Positions 18,521 through 28,360 are shown, counted from the whole stretch's first letter. The stretch: 56,214 nt of DNA, filler included, from Lentisphaeria bacterium (GCA_041690595.1; 10 parts of 10 records of this genome joined end to end with filler, not necessarily neighbours in it); one strand, 5' to 3'. Notes: generated from the sequence alone by a model not told the origin. Translations and numbers: made by a program.

Positions 18521-19189
18521 ATGGAGTTTCCCCTGCATCATGCGCATCGCTGGGATGTGTCGCCGAAGGAAGCGCGCCTGATCCAGCAGCAGATGTGTCA
18601 CCATGTTGTCGAGCGGGATCTGCTGCCGGAGCGTATTGCGACGGTGGCGGGAATCGATGCGGGATTTGAGAATGGGGGAAAGGTAACGCGCGCGGCCGTG
18701 GCGGTGCTCTCCTTTCCCAAGCTGGAGCTGGTGGAATCGGCCGTGGTGCGGCTGCCGACGCAGTTTCCGTATGTACCGGGGCTGCTCTCCTTCCGGGAGA
18801 TTCCGGCCGTGATCGAGGCGATGCGTTTGCTCACCATTCTGCCGGACCTCATCCTGTGCGATGGGCAGGGCAGGGCGCACCCCCTGCGTTTCGGTATCGC
18901 CTCTCACCTCGGAGTCTTGCTGAACATGCCGACCATCGGCGTCGCCAAGTCGCGCCTGATCGGGGAGCACGTGGCGGTGCCGGCAAGGAAGGGCGCGTGG
19001 GTGGAGTTGACGCACAAGGAGGAGGTGATTGGCGCGGTGTTGCGCACGCGCGCCGGAGTTCGGCCGCTCTTCGTCTCGACCGGGCATCGGGTTTCACTGC
19101 CGACGGCGCTCGATTTCACCTTGCGCTGCGTCGGCCGCTACCGACTTCCCGAGACGACCCGTCAGGCGCATGCGCTTGCCAGCGGCTGA
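18521..19189 (+). CDS. nfi: Endonuclease V
   Basis: AGID, FPYVPGLLSFRE, DGQGRAHP.RFGIASH, GVAKSRL and RLPETTR.AH motifs. Confidence 0.97.
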   Translation: MEFPLHHAHRWDVSPKEARLIQQQMCHHVVERDLLPERIATVAGIDAGFENGGKVTRAAVAVLSFPKLELVESAVVRLPTQFPYVPGLLSFREIPAVIEAMRLLTILPDLILCDGQGRAHPLRFGIASHLGVLLNMPTIGVAKSRLIGEHVAVPARKGAWVELTHKEEVIGAVLRTRAGVRPLFVSTGHRVSLPTALDFTLRCVGRYRLPETTRQAHALASG

Positions 19190-19296
19190 TCTTGGCAACG
19201 CTTCCTTTCAGCGCAAAGGGGGGGCTGCGTTTGCATTGGCCGCGGCGCTGGTTTTACCTTGAACTTGTCAACCATCACCTATGCTGGAGTCTCTTT

Positions 19297-21972
19297 ATGT
19301 CCGGGAAAGAAGGTGGGCAGCATCCTTTTCATGCCCGGAATGTCGACGAGGTGCTGACGCACTTCGGGGTCGAGCCAGATCAGGGGCTTACCGACAGCGA
19401 GGTGGAGAGCCAGCGGGAGGAGCACGGGCCGAACAGCCTGCGCGAGGCGCAAACCCGCAGTGGCTGGAAGGTGCTTCTGGATCAGTGCAAGTCGGTGGTG
19501 CTGCTGGTGCTGGCGGCGGCGGCCGTGCTGGCCTTCGTGATGGGCGAGATAGCGGAGGGGGTCGCGGTAAGCGCGGTGGTCGTTATCAACGCGCTGATCG
19601 GTTTCCTCAGTGAATGGAAGGCCACGAAGTCCATGGCGGCATTGCGGGAGATGGGCGAAACGGAGACGCGTGTTCGCCGGGAGGGCAATGAGCGGGAGAT
19701 TCCGGTTTCCGAGCTGGTTCCAGGCGACATCGTGCTCCTCGAAGGCGGTGACTTCATTCCCGCGGATCTGCGCCTGGTGGAGGCGAATTCGCTGCGAGTG
19801 GACGAATCGCCGCTGACTGGGGAATCCGTCTCCGTCGACAAGAGCACCGATGCCTGCGCCGAGGATGCGCCTCTGGCTGAGCGAGTGTGCATGGCTTACA
19901 AGGGGACGGGGGTAACCGATGGATCGGCCAGCGGCGTGGTGATCGCCACCGGCATGGAAACGGAGTTGGGGGAGATCGCCTCGATGGCGGAAGGGGCCGA
20001 GGTGCAGGATACCCCCCTTCAGCAGCGCCTTGACCGATTGGGCGCCTGGCTCGCCTATGCCACGATTGCGGTCGCGGCGGTGATTGCGGGAATCGGGCTG
20101 CTGACCGGCAAGGAGCCTCGGCTGATGATCGAGACCGCCATTGCGCTCGGCCTTGCCGCCATCCCGGAAGGCTTGCCGATCGTGGCGACCATTGCTTTGG
20201 CGCGGGGCATGTGGCTCATGGCTAAACGTCAGGCTCTGATCAACCGACTGACCGCCGTCGAGACGCTGGGCAGCACCCAGATCATCTGCACCGACAAGAC
20301 CGGCACGTTGACCGAGAACCGCATGCGCGTGGAGCGCATCGTCACCCCTGCCGGCGAAAGCGGTGTCGAGGATGCCGAAGGGGCCAACCGGCGGGTGATC
20401 GAGATCGGCGTCCTCTGCAGCAACGCCACGGTCGAGGATCATGACGATGACGGCGAGGCGGACGCGGAGTTGGGAGATCCCACCGAAACCGCGCTCCTCC
20501 GCGCCGGACTCGATGTGGGCATCGAGCGCAAAGCGACCCTTGAAGAGAAGCCGGAAACGCGCGAGGAAAGTTTCAACTCCGACGTCATGATGATGGCGAC
20601 GTACCACCAGGCAGGCGATCGGCACGAGGTGGCGGTGAAGGGGGCTCCACAGGCCGTGATCGCGGCATGCACGGAAGTCGTGAGCGGAGAGGACGGCAGC
20701 GAGCCGTGGGATGATGCGCAGCGGGAGGAGTGGAAGTCGCGTGCGGAGGAACTGGCGGGAGACGGGTTAAGAGTGTTGGCCATGGCGGACAAGGAGGTCC
20801 ACGAAACGGGGGAGGAACCCTACGAGACGCTGCGGTTTGTCGGCTTGGCGGCGCTGCTCGATCCGCCACGAGAGGAGGTACGGGAGGCGATCGAATCCTG
20901 CCGTCGCGCCGGTATTCGCGTGGTGATGGTGACTGGCGATCAGGCTGCCACGGCGGAGGCGATTGCCCGGCAGGTGGGGATCCTGCGCGATGGAGAGTCC
21001 GGGGTGGTGGAAGGGCGCGATCTGAAGCCGCCTGACAAGCTGAACGACGAGGAACGCCGGAAGATCCTGGAGACCCGCGTCTTCGCGCGTGTCAGCCCCG
21101 GGCAGAAGTTGCACCTGGTGAAGACCTTTCAGGAGGCGGGGCGAATCGTGGCCATGACCGGCGATGGGGTGAACGACGCGCCGGCTCTGAAGCAGGCCAA
21201 TATCGGTGTCGCCATGGGGCTGCGGGGGACGGATGTGGCGCGTGAGGCGGCGGCCATGGTCCTCAAGGATGATCGCTTCGAGAGCATCGTCGCAGCCGTC
21301 GAGCAGGGACGAATCATCTTCAAGAACATCCGCAAATCGGTCATCTTCATGCTGTGCACGAATGTGGCGGAGATTCTGGCGGTGGCGGTCGCCTCGGCTA
21401 CGGGCATGGTGCTTCCTCTACGGCCGCTGCAGATCCTGTTCCTGAACGTGGTTACGGATGTCTTTCCGGCGCTGGCGTTGAGCGTCGGCCGTGGTGGGAC
21501 CCGGGAGATGGACCGTCCGCCTTTGCAGGAGGCGTTGTTGACGAAGCGGCATTGGCTGGCGATTGGTGGCTGGGCGGTGATCGTGGGTGCCATGGTGCTG
21601 ATAGCGCTCAATCTGGGCATGCATTGGCTTGGCTTTTCCAGCGGGGTGGCGGTGACTGTCTCCTTCCTCACGCTCGGCCTGGCCAAGCTCTGGTTCGTCT
21701 TCGTTCTTCGGGATCGCGGCAGCTCCTTTCTGCGGAACGACATCGTCCGTAATCCATGGATCTGGGCCTCGCTGGCGCTCTGCCTGGTTCTGCTGGCCGT
21801 CGCGATCTACATGCCTGGGCTGGCGGATGTGCTCGGCAATGAACCGCTCGGTGCCTCCGCATGGTTCCTGGCTCTCGGCTGCAGCGTGGTCCCCTTCCTC
21901 ATCGGGCAGATCCGCCGCGCCATGCAATCCCCTCCCGAACCCGCTGAGGATGGCCAAGGTGCCGCTGACTGA
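19297..21972 (+). CDS. P-type IIA (Ca2+-type) cation-transporting ATPase
   Basis: TGES, PEGL, DKTGTLT, KGAP and TGDGVND motifs; probable start MSGKEG. Confidence 0.95.
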   Translation: MSGKEGGQHPFHARNVDEVLTHFGVEPDQGLTDSEVESQREEHGPNSLREAQTRSGWKVLLDQCKSVVLLVLAAAAVLAFVMGEIAEGVAVSAVVVINALIGFLSEWKATKSMAALREMGETETRVRREGNEREIPVSELVPGDIVLLEGGDFIPADLRLVEANSLRVDESPLTGESVSVDKSTDACAEDAPLAERVCMAYKGTGVTDGSASGVVIATGMETELGEIASMAEGAEVQDTPLQQRLDRLGAWLAYATIAVAAVIAGIGLLTGKEPRLMIETAIALGLAAIPEGLPIVATIALARGMWLMAKRQALINRLTAVETLGSTQIICTDKTGTLTENRMRVERIVTPAGESGVEDAEGANRRVIEIGVLCSNATVEDHDDDGEADAELGDPTETALLRAGLDVGIERKATLEEKPETREESFNSDVMMMATYHQAGDRHEVAVKGAPQAVIAACTEVVSGEDGSEPWDDAQREEWKSRAEELAGDGLRVLAMADKEVHETGEEPYETLRFVGLAALLDPPREEVREAIESCRRAGIRVVMVTGDQAATAEAIARQVGILRDGESGVVEGRDLKPPDKLNDEERRKILETRVFARVSPGQKLHLVKTFQEAGRIVAMTGDGVNDAPALKQANIGVAMGLRGTDVAREAAAMVLKDDRFESIVAAVEQGRIIFKNIRKSVIFMLCTNVAEILAVAVASATGMVLPLRPLQILFLNVVTDVFPALALSVGRGGTREMDRPPLQEALLTKRHWLAIGGWAVIVGAMVLIALNLGMHWLGFSSGVAVTVSFLTLGLAKLWFVFVLRDRGSSFLRNDIVRNPWIWASLALCLVLLAVAIYMPGLADVLGNEPLGASAWFLALGCSVVPFLIGQIRRAMQSPPEPAEDGQGAAD

Positions 21973-21988
21973 TCAGCGCCGCGGCGTG

Positions 21989-23584
21989 TCAGCTGTCTCG
22001 TTCCGCGGATTCGGCGGCGGAGCGCATCTTGGCGGCGTGGTCCTTCTCCAGGAAGTAGTTGCTCCAGGAGGAGGTATTCTTCAGTTCCGGGTCGCGGATG
22101 ACGAGGTCGCGCTTGAGGAAGGTGCCGAGCTGGTTAGACTTCTTGGCCCGCTGATAGGCGCGATACCAGATACAGGGCACGTCCGCCGACTCGCAGAGGG
22201 GACCGCGTGAGCCGCCGCAGGGGCCGTTGCGCTGGTTCTTGCGACAGGCGGCGCCGGGGCACATGAAGTAGCAATCGGAAAGCGAACAGTCGCCGCAGTC
22301 CTGGCAATCGTACATGGCCTTCTTGACGGTCTTCTCGCTGCGTTCGGCAACGGCGAAGAGGGCGGGGTGCTTGTCGAGGAACTGGAAGGCCCAGCGCATC
22401 GGCTTGTAGAACATGCCGTCGGGCTCGAAGATGACGCTGTGCATGAAGCTGTTGAGCTTGTAATAGGCGGTCACTTCGTCCTTGTCCACCGTGTGGTGCT
22501 GCTCGGCTTCGAGGAGCTCCTGACTCTTGTGGTCGCCGACGGCCAGGCCGGTCACCTGATCCTGAGCATACAGGTAGAAATCCTTCTCCATAGGCCAGAT
22601 GACGTCTCGGGCGAACTCCTGCCAGTCATTCTCGCCATAGCTTTCGGCAAGGTCGATGATCTCGAAGACGATGTCGGGATTGCTGAAGCCGCCGAAATAG
22701 GCGCCGCGATAGCCGAGCCCCTTGAAGCAGGCGTACTGCTTGGCCGCCAACTCCTTGAAGAAGGCCTTGCCTTTGTCGGGGCCGGCGGCCATCTCCTCGG
22801 CTTTGGCGAGCAGCTTGTCGGAGACCTGGCATCCGGGGATCTGCTGGCGGTTGAAGAGGCCGGCGACAAACTTGGAGAGGATGTAGATATTGCCGAAAAG
22901 GGGCATCTCCATCTGGTGCTGCTGCATGTAGAGGAGGAGTTCGTGGCTCTTGCGCATGTCGTAGCCGAGCTGGGGAATGACGAATTGGGCGCCATTCGCG
23001 TACTTGAGTGCCAACTTGAGATACTGGCACATGAGTTCGGCTTCGTTGGTCTTGAAGGGGGAGACGGCGCAGCCGATGTAGAAGTCGGTGGGCTCCAGGT
23101 CGATGGTCGTGCCGGGTTTGCGGCCGGCCACGCGAAGGCCACCATTCATGTCGTGGAGCATGCGCACGAGGGTAGGCGAATCGAGATCGAAGACAGGCGA
23201 AGCGGTGCCGTAGTAACCTTGGCCGCTGGCTGGGTAGTCACCGGTGAGGGCGAGAACATTGTGCAGTCCCTCGGACTGGTACTGCCAGGCGGCGGCTTCG
23301 AGCGCATTGCGATTGCGGTCTTTGCAGGTCAGATGAACGATGGTATCGGTGCCCTTGGCCCGGATGCGCTGAGCGAGGACGCTGGGGCTCTCCATGGGAT
23401 TGCCGCCGGCATTGTCGGTGACGCTGATCCAGTCGATCCTGCCGCTGTCGGCGAGAGCTTCGGCCAGAGCAGTCAATTTCTTACCGGCTTCCTGCTGCAG
23501 CGAACCACGAGTGGTCACCAGTTCGGCGCCGATCATGAAAGGCTTCCGCTCTTTGTCCTGTGCCAGTTTGCTGAATTCGCTCAT
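21989..23584 (-). CDS. metF: Methylenetetrahydrofolate reductase fused to a Cys-rich MTHFR_C (MetV-like) domain
   Basis: SVTDN, HLTCKDRN, LALTGD and K...GA.F...Q motifs; C-terminal CQDCGDC...C..NQRNGPCGG...CE...C.W. Confidence 0.9.
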   Translation of the reverse strand: MSEFSKLAQDKERKPFMIGAELVTTRGSLQQEAGKKLTALAEALADSGRIDWISVTDNAGGNPMESPSVLAQRIRAKGTDTIVHLTCKDRNRNALEAAAWQYQSEGLHNVLALTGDYPASGQGYYGTASPVFDLDSPTLVRMLHDMNGGLRVAGRKPGTTIDLEPTDFYIGCAVSPFKTNEAELMCQYLKLALKYANGAQFVIPQLGYDMRKSHELLLYMQQHQMEMPLFGNIYILSKFVAGLFNRQQIPGCQVSDKLLAKAEEMAAGPDKGKAFFKELAAKQYACFKGLGYRGAYFGGFSNPDIVFEIIDLAESYGENDWQEFARDVIWPMEKDFYLYAQDQVTGLAVGDHKSQELLEAEQHHTVDKDEVTAYYKLNSFMHSVIFEPDGMFYKPMRWAFQFLDKHPALFAVAERSEKTVKKAMYDCQDCGDCSLSDCYFMCPGAACRKNQRNGPCGGSRGPLCESADVPCIWYRAYQRAKKSNQLGTFLKRDLVIRDPELKNTSSWSNYFLEKDHAAKMRSAAESAERDS

Positions 23585-23731
23585 CTGCCGATCCCCTGGG
23601 AAAATCCGTTACGCGTAAGGCGATGCATCGCCGGTTCAGGAGCTAGCCTCCCCGGCTATACAGTAGTATGCCCTTGGTGCATCGCCACTTTTCGCGCTAT
23701 TCCCCTTTGTCAAAAAACTATCTGTTCTTAA

Positions 23732-23826
23732 CCCAACTTCAGCACTTTTCGATGATTTTGAGGCTGAGTGTTTCATTTTTCGTCACTCCTGGCTCTCTGG
23801 GGTATGCCAGGATCGTTGAGGCTTCA
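23732..23826. mobile_element. IS terminus, TTAA target
   Basis: Reverse complement of 8180-8274. Confidence 0.8.
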
Positions 23827-23926
23827 NNNNNNNNNNNNNNNNNNNNNNNNNNNNNNNNNNNNNNNNNNNNTTAATTAATTAANNNNNNNNNNNNNNNNNN
23901 NNNNNNNNNNNNNNNNNNNNNNNNNN

Positions 23927-24026
23927 ATGGATCCGCGTCGTGTTCCTCCGACTCTTCGGGACCAAGAAAGAGCTGGTAGTAATCTCCAGCCGCGGAGCCA
24001 CATACCTGTGATGCGTGAAATCTCAT
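23927..24026 (-). CDS. 5' part of an integron cassette gene (MRFHASQV...), truncated by the contig end
   Basis: GAGGAGG RBS and ATG directly after the attC R' box. Confidence 0.55.
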
Positions 24027-24040
24027 GAAGCCCCTCCTCG

Positions 24041-24111
24041 CTCTAACGCTTGGCTTTGCGCCGCACCGGAGCGCCAGCGTAGGTGCGTCCGACAACAGCC
24101 GTTTGTTATGC
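24041..24111 (-). other. Integron attC site
   Basis: Minus strand reads GCATAAC-AAACGGCTGTTGTCGGACGCACC...GGTGCGGCGCAAAGCCAAGC-GTTAGAG, a 71-bp imperfect palindrome with R''/R' boxes. Confidence 0.8.
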
Positions 24112-24846
24112 GCAGCGGCAGTAATTCCACTCTTCATGTGCCAGCGGGGTCTCGTTCAGCTCGTCCTTGCGCAGGCGCCAGTCCGGCATGTATTGATCCA
24201 TCAGGGACCGGAAGCGCTCGGTGTGGTGACGCTCCAGCAGGTGCACCATTTCGTGAACGAGTATGTATTCCAGGCAGCGAGGGGCCTTCTTGGCGAGCTC
24301 CAGGTTCAGCCAGATGCGCCTCGCCTCGATATTGCAGCTCCCCCAGCGGGTCTTCATTCGCTTGATTCGACAATCCGAAACCTCCACACCCACAACCGGC
24401 TCCCAGGCGGCGAGAAGTTCCGGAATGCGGGCTTTGATTTGGCGCCGGTACCAACGGTCGAGCATCTGCTGCCGAGCTGCCCGGTCGGTACCCGGTCGGA
24501 CTTGCAGCTCAAGGGTGCCGTTGTTGACCATGCGCACCCGCGGATTGCCCGGTCGTTCCACCACGTCCAGGCGGTAACGCCTGCCCTCTAAATAGTGGCT
24601 TTCACCGGTGACCATCTCCCGGGCGGACTGACGCGCCTGGCGCGCAAAGCCCTGCTGTTGGCGGCGAATCCAGCTCAGGCGTGAGACGATGGCCAGCCGC
24701 ACGGCCTCGTCGTCCAGATGCGCCGGCACAGCCACTCGAACCTTGCCGTCGGGCGGATAGACGCCCACATGCAGGTTCCTGATCGCCTTGCGGCGGATTT
24801 CCACGGGGATACCGCTCACCTCGATATGACGGCGCTCAGTAATCAT
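24106..24846 (-). CDS. YgjP-like/M48 (DUF45) zinc metallopeptidase-family protein of type I R-M loci
   Basis: MKTRWGSC and HEMVH...HH motifs. Confidence 0.92.
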   Translation of the reverse strand: MITERRHIEVSGIPVEIRRKAIRNLHVGVYPPDGKVRVAVPAHLDDEAVRLAIVSRLSWIRRQQQGFARQARQSAREMVTGESHYLEGRRYRLDVVERPGNPRVRMVNNGTLELQVRPGTDRAARQQMLDRWYRRQIKARIPELLAAWEPVVGVEVSDCRIKRMKTRWGSCNIEARRIWLNLELAKKAPRCLEYILVHEMVHLLERHHTERFRSLMDQYMPDWRLRKDELNETPLAHEEWNYCRCA

Positions 24847-27800
24847 TCTGGTTCTTCACCAACTCGAGGACGCTATCCACGTCGAGGATCTCGGTCTCAC
24901 GTGCCTGCGTCTCCAACACAGACGCGATGGCGTTGCGCACCTCGCGCTCCTTGAACCTGTTACCCCGCCAGTCGGCCTTCTTAACGGCCCGAATCTTCTC
25001 GTCAAGCCGGAGAGTCAGCGTGGCATCCTGTCCCAGGTTATCGTAAAGAGCCTGTTGCGCCCGTGTATCGATACCCGTGGGGTAACGGCTCTGCTCATCC
25101 CGCCGAGCCGCCTGCCGCGTCAGTTCCACGATCCGGCGCAGGTACTCCTTGTACTCCAGCGCCTCCTTCCGGCGCTGCTCGATCAGGGCATCCAGCAGTT
25201 CGGACATCTTCTCGTAGTACTTCGGGTTGACCGCCATTTCGTCGATGATCAGCCGACGCACGTTGTTCTCAATGGTCTCGGCCATAGCCTCCTGGTCACC
25301 CGAGATGGATGCCGGCAGGCTGTCCACGGCCTCTTCCCCACGCTCGACCACCAGTTCCACCAGCGTCATGTCGTCGAAGGCCGAGAGCTTCTCGCTCTCA
25401 TCCGCGCGGATATAGGTGTCCAGCAGATGCCGCATGGCCGGCTCGTACATCTTCATGTCGATGTAGTCGCCGCTGGCCAGCTTCACCTCCTCCCGGACCT
25501 TCTCGTAATGCTCGACCTCCGACTTGATCGTGGCGGCCTCGGCTTCGCTGTAGCCGGCCTGCCGTATTTCGTTGGCCAGATCGGCATAGGCGCGCAGGAA
25601 AGCGCCGACGTGTTTGTACAGGGCCAGGCGTCTGGGCTCATTCTCCTTCTGCACCTCGGGTGCATCACTGGGGCCGACGAAATAGCGCCGGTAGGCGGGG
25701 CTGTCCTTGGGCGGGTCCACGGCCTCGCACAGCGCCTTGACCGCTTCGCGGGTCTCTTCCAGGCGTTCCCGCGCCTTGTCCAGGCGATCCTCCAACAGCC
25801 CTTCCACGTCATCCGCGTCGAAGGCGTCGAAGGCCCCGCCCGTGTAGTCCTGGATGGATTGCTCCAGGGATTTGAACAGGTCCTTGTAATCGACGATGTA
25901 GCCGACTTCCTTGTCCTCGGTGTGCAGACGATTGACCCGGCAGATGGCCTGAAACAGACCGTGGTCGCGCATCTGCTTGTCGATATAGAGATAGGTGGCC
26001 GGCGGCGCGTCGAAGCCGGTAAGCAGCTTGTCCACCACGATCAGCAGCTTCATCTGGCCGGGCTCGTCGATGAAACGCTTCTTCACCTCCTGCTCGAAGG
26101 TCTCCACCTTGTTGACGGCCGTGTCTTCCGGCTCGTTGAAGTGTTCGGCCAGCATGCGGCGATAGATGGCGTACTGGTGCAGCTTCTCGGTCTCGCCCTC
26201 GCCGGTGGCCTCACCCTTGATATCGGCGGTGGACGGCACATAGGAGGTGACAATGGCGCACTTGCCCTTCAGCTCCGTCTTCTCGAACATCTCGAACAGC
26301 CGGCAGGCCGAATAGATGCTGCCGGCCACCAGCATGGCGTTGCCGTGACCACTCATCAGCCGGTCGCGCGTGGCCATGTCCCAGAGGATGTCGGAGACGA
26401 TCTTCTCCAGTCGATCGCGTGAGCTGAGCACCTTCTGCAGAGTGCCCCAGCGCTTCTTGAGCTGGGCGCGGGCGTAGTCGTTCAGGCCCTGGGTCTTGAG
26501 CTCGAACCACTGGTCGATCTTGGCCTGCGAGGTGACATGCTGGTCGATGTCCCGCGCCTCGTAGCGCAGGTCCAGCACCACGCCGTCACTCACCGCTTCG
26601 TCGAACTTGTAGCTGTGGATGTAGGGGCCGAAGACTTCGATGCTCTTGCGCTTGTCCTTTTTCAGCAATGGCGTACCGGTGAACCCGATCAGCAGGGCCT
26701 CGGGCAGCAGAGCCTTCATCGCCTCGTGCAGCTTGCCGGACTGGGTGCGGTGGCACTCGTCGACGAACACGAACAGATTGCCCCTGGCCCGAAAGCCTTT
26801 CGGCAAATGGCTGCGCATGTCCCGGATGAAGGCCTCGACATCGCCCTCCTCCGAGGCACCGAACTTGTGGATCAGCGAGGCGATGAGCCACTCATCGCTG
26901 CGGTTGAGCACGTCGATCAGGTCGGCGCCGCTCCGGGTGCGGTGGATCTGCTCGTCCACACCCTTGAAGACCTTCTCGATCTGCTCGTCCAGCTCGGTGC
27001 GGTCGGTGATCACCAGCACCCGGGCGTCTTCCACGTTCTCGCGAATCCATTTCGCCAGCCACACCATGGTCAGCGATTTGCCGCTGCCCTGGGTGTGCCA
27101 GATGATGCCGCCCTGGCGACGCAACACATGCGCCTGTGCGGCACGCACGCCGAAGAACTGATTGTGCCGGCAGGTCTTTTTGGTGCCGGCATCGAAGACC
27201 ATGAAGTCGTGCACGACCTCCAGCAGCCGTTCCTTGCGGCAGAGCTGGTGCAGTCCGCGCGCCAGAGGGTCGTCGATATCGGACGACTCCTTCCATTCCA
27301 TCCAGAATTTCTCGGGCGTCTCGATCACCCCGTAGCGCAGGCCCTCGGTGGGGTTGCCGGCCATCACCAGCTGCGCGGTGGCGAAAAACGGCTGGATGAA
27401 ATCGCGCTTCTGGTTATCCAGGCTCTGGCGGATGCCCTCGGCCACCGCCACAGTGGAGCGTTTCAGCTCCAGAATGCCCAAGGCGATGCCGTTGACGTAC
27501 AGCACAACATCCGGGCGCTTGGTATTCGCCCCGGCCACCGTGACCTCTTCGGCCACGGCGAAGTCGTTGTTCTCGGGATTGGCCCAGTCGGTCAGCCAGA
27601 CGGTGACGGTCTGCTCCTGTACCGACGGCTTGACGTGAACCCCGTAGCGCAGCTTCTCGTAGACGGCGCGGTTGGCGTCATAAAGCGTCTTGCTGCCGGC
27701 AATCGCCGCCGCCTGGTCCAGCTCGCGCAGGGCGCGATTGATCACGCGCTCATCAAAGCCCTGTCGCGCCAGCCACTCGCGCAACAGGTCTTCCTCGATA

Positions 27801-27916
27801 TTGCGGTTGCCGGCCCGGTCCTTCCAGTCGCCCAGGTAGCGATAACCCAGCTCGTCCCGGAAGAAGCGCAGCACCTGCTGCTGGGTGAGGCGTTCGCGTT
27901 GGCCGACGGTGCTCAT
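24836..27916 (-). CDS. hsdR: Type I restriction endonuclease subunit R
   Basis: PD..LYVNG...ELK nuclease motif; HTQGSGKS, DECHR, FTGTP, LLTGFD and QAICRVNR helicase motifs. Confidence 0.97.
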   Translation of the reverse strand: MSTVGQRERLTQQQVLRFFRDELGYRYLGDWKDRAGNRNIEEDLLREWLARQGFDERVINRALRELDQAAAIAGSKTLYDANRAVYEKLRYGVHVKPSVQEQTVTVWLTDWANPENNDFAVAEEVTVAGANTKRPDVVLYVNGIALGILELKRSTVAVAEGIRQSLDNQKRDFIQPFFATAQLVMAGNPTEGLRYGVIETPEKFWMEWKESSDIDDPLARGLHQLCRKERLLEVVHDFMVFDAGTKKTCRHNQFFGVRAAQAHVLRRQGGIIWHTQGSGKSLTMVWLAKWIRENVEDARVLVITDRTELDEQIEKVFKGVDEQIHRTRSGADLIDVLNRSDEWLIASLIHKFGASEEGDVEAFIRDMRSHLPKGFRARGNLFVFVDECHRTQSGKLHEAMKALLPEALLIGFTGTPLLKKDKRKSIEVFGPYIHSYKFDEAVSDGVVLDLRYEARDIDQHVTSQAKIDQWFELKTQGLNDYARAQLKKRWGTLQKVLSSRDRLEKIVSDILWDMATRDRLMSGHGNAMLVAGSIYSACRLFEMFEKTELKGKCAIVTSYVPSTADIKGEATGEGETEKLHQYAIYRRMLAEHFNEPEDTAVNKVETFEQEVKKRFIDEPGQMKLLIVVDKLLTGFDAPPATYLYIDKQMRDHGLFQAICRVNRLHTEDKEVGYIVDYKDLFKSLEQSIQDYTGGAFDAFDADDVEGLLEDRLDKARERLEETREAVKALCEAVDPPKDSPAYRRYFVGPSDAPEVQKENEPRRLALYKHVGAFLRAYADLANEIRQAGYSEAEAATIKSEVEHYEKVREEVKLASGDYIDMKMYEPAMRHLLDTYIRADESEKLSAFDDMTLVELVVERGEEAVDSLPASISGDQEAMAETIENNVRRLIIDEMAVNPKYYEKMSELLDALIEQRRKEALEYKEYLRRIVELTRQAARRDEQSRYPTGIDTRAQQALYDNLGQDATLTLRLDEKIRAVKKADWRGNRFKEREVRNAIASVLETQARETEILDVDSVLELVKNQNDY

Positions 27917-28152
27917 TTCGGGCCCTCACCCTCGCCGTCCAGCCCCGGCTCTCGTACCGCGGATGGCGAAGCGAAGGCCCCCGATACATACTCCTCCGCC
28001 CTACCAATCTGCTCCGGGGCCAGTCGGACCGTCTGGCCATCGCGCCAGACCTCGGCGTATTGCCCCAGACGGCGCTTGCGCTCAAGGGCGTTGGCGACCG
28101 CCTTCCGCAGGGCCATCAGCGCCTTCGCTTCATGATCTTGCTCAGTCGCCAT
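27913..28152 (-). CDS. Small hypothetical protein (79 aa) resembling the partners of zeta-toxin-like ATPases
   Basis: AAGGAGA RBS, KAVANALERKRRLGQYA.VWRDG motif, stop overlaps the hsdR start. Confidence 0.65.
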   Translation of the reverse strand: MATEQDHEAKALMALRKAVANALERKRRLGQYAEVWRDGQTVRLAPEQIGRAEEYVSGAFASPSAVREPGLDGEGEGPK

Positions 28153-28252
28153 GGCTGAATGTCTCCTTGACTGGCACGACTCATAACCAATTGTTATTAA
28201 TATATTTTCTGAGCTAACATGTCGTGATACTGCGACGCAAGACTCAGCCGGA

Positions 28253-28281
28253 TTGAATCCACCGGCCTCCGGGCCTATACT
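28253..28281 (+). promoter_or_regulatory. sigma70-like promoter for a convergent small RNA
   Basis: TTGAAT-17 bp-TATACT. Confidence 0.7.
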
Positions 28282-28286
28282 TCCCA

Positions 28287-28360
28287 GTGTCTCATCCGCC
28301 TTTAGCGGAAGGAGCATCCGAAGCCCTTCGGCAGCAATGCCGCGGGGCTTCAGCCTTTCT
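28287..28360 (+). ncRNA. Putative DUF3800-associated small structured RNA 1
   Basis: Hairpin CTCATCCGC-CTTTA-GCGGAAGGAG, then GAAGCCC..CGGCA-GCAA-TGCCG..GGGCTTC and a CTTTCT tail, downstream of the promoter. Confidence 0.65.

Noticed and set aside
18856..19296. 147-aa N-terminal extension of the P-type ATPase
   Set aside because: It overlaps nfi in another frame; ATG 19297 fits the family N-terminus.
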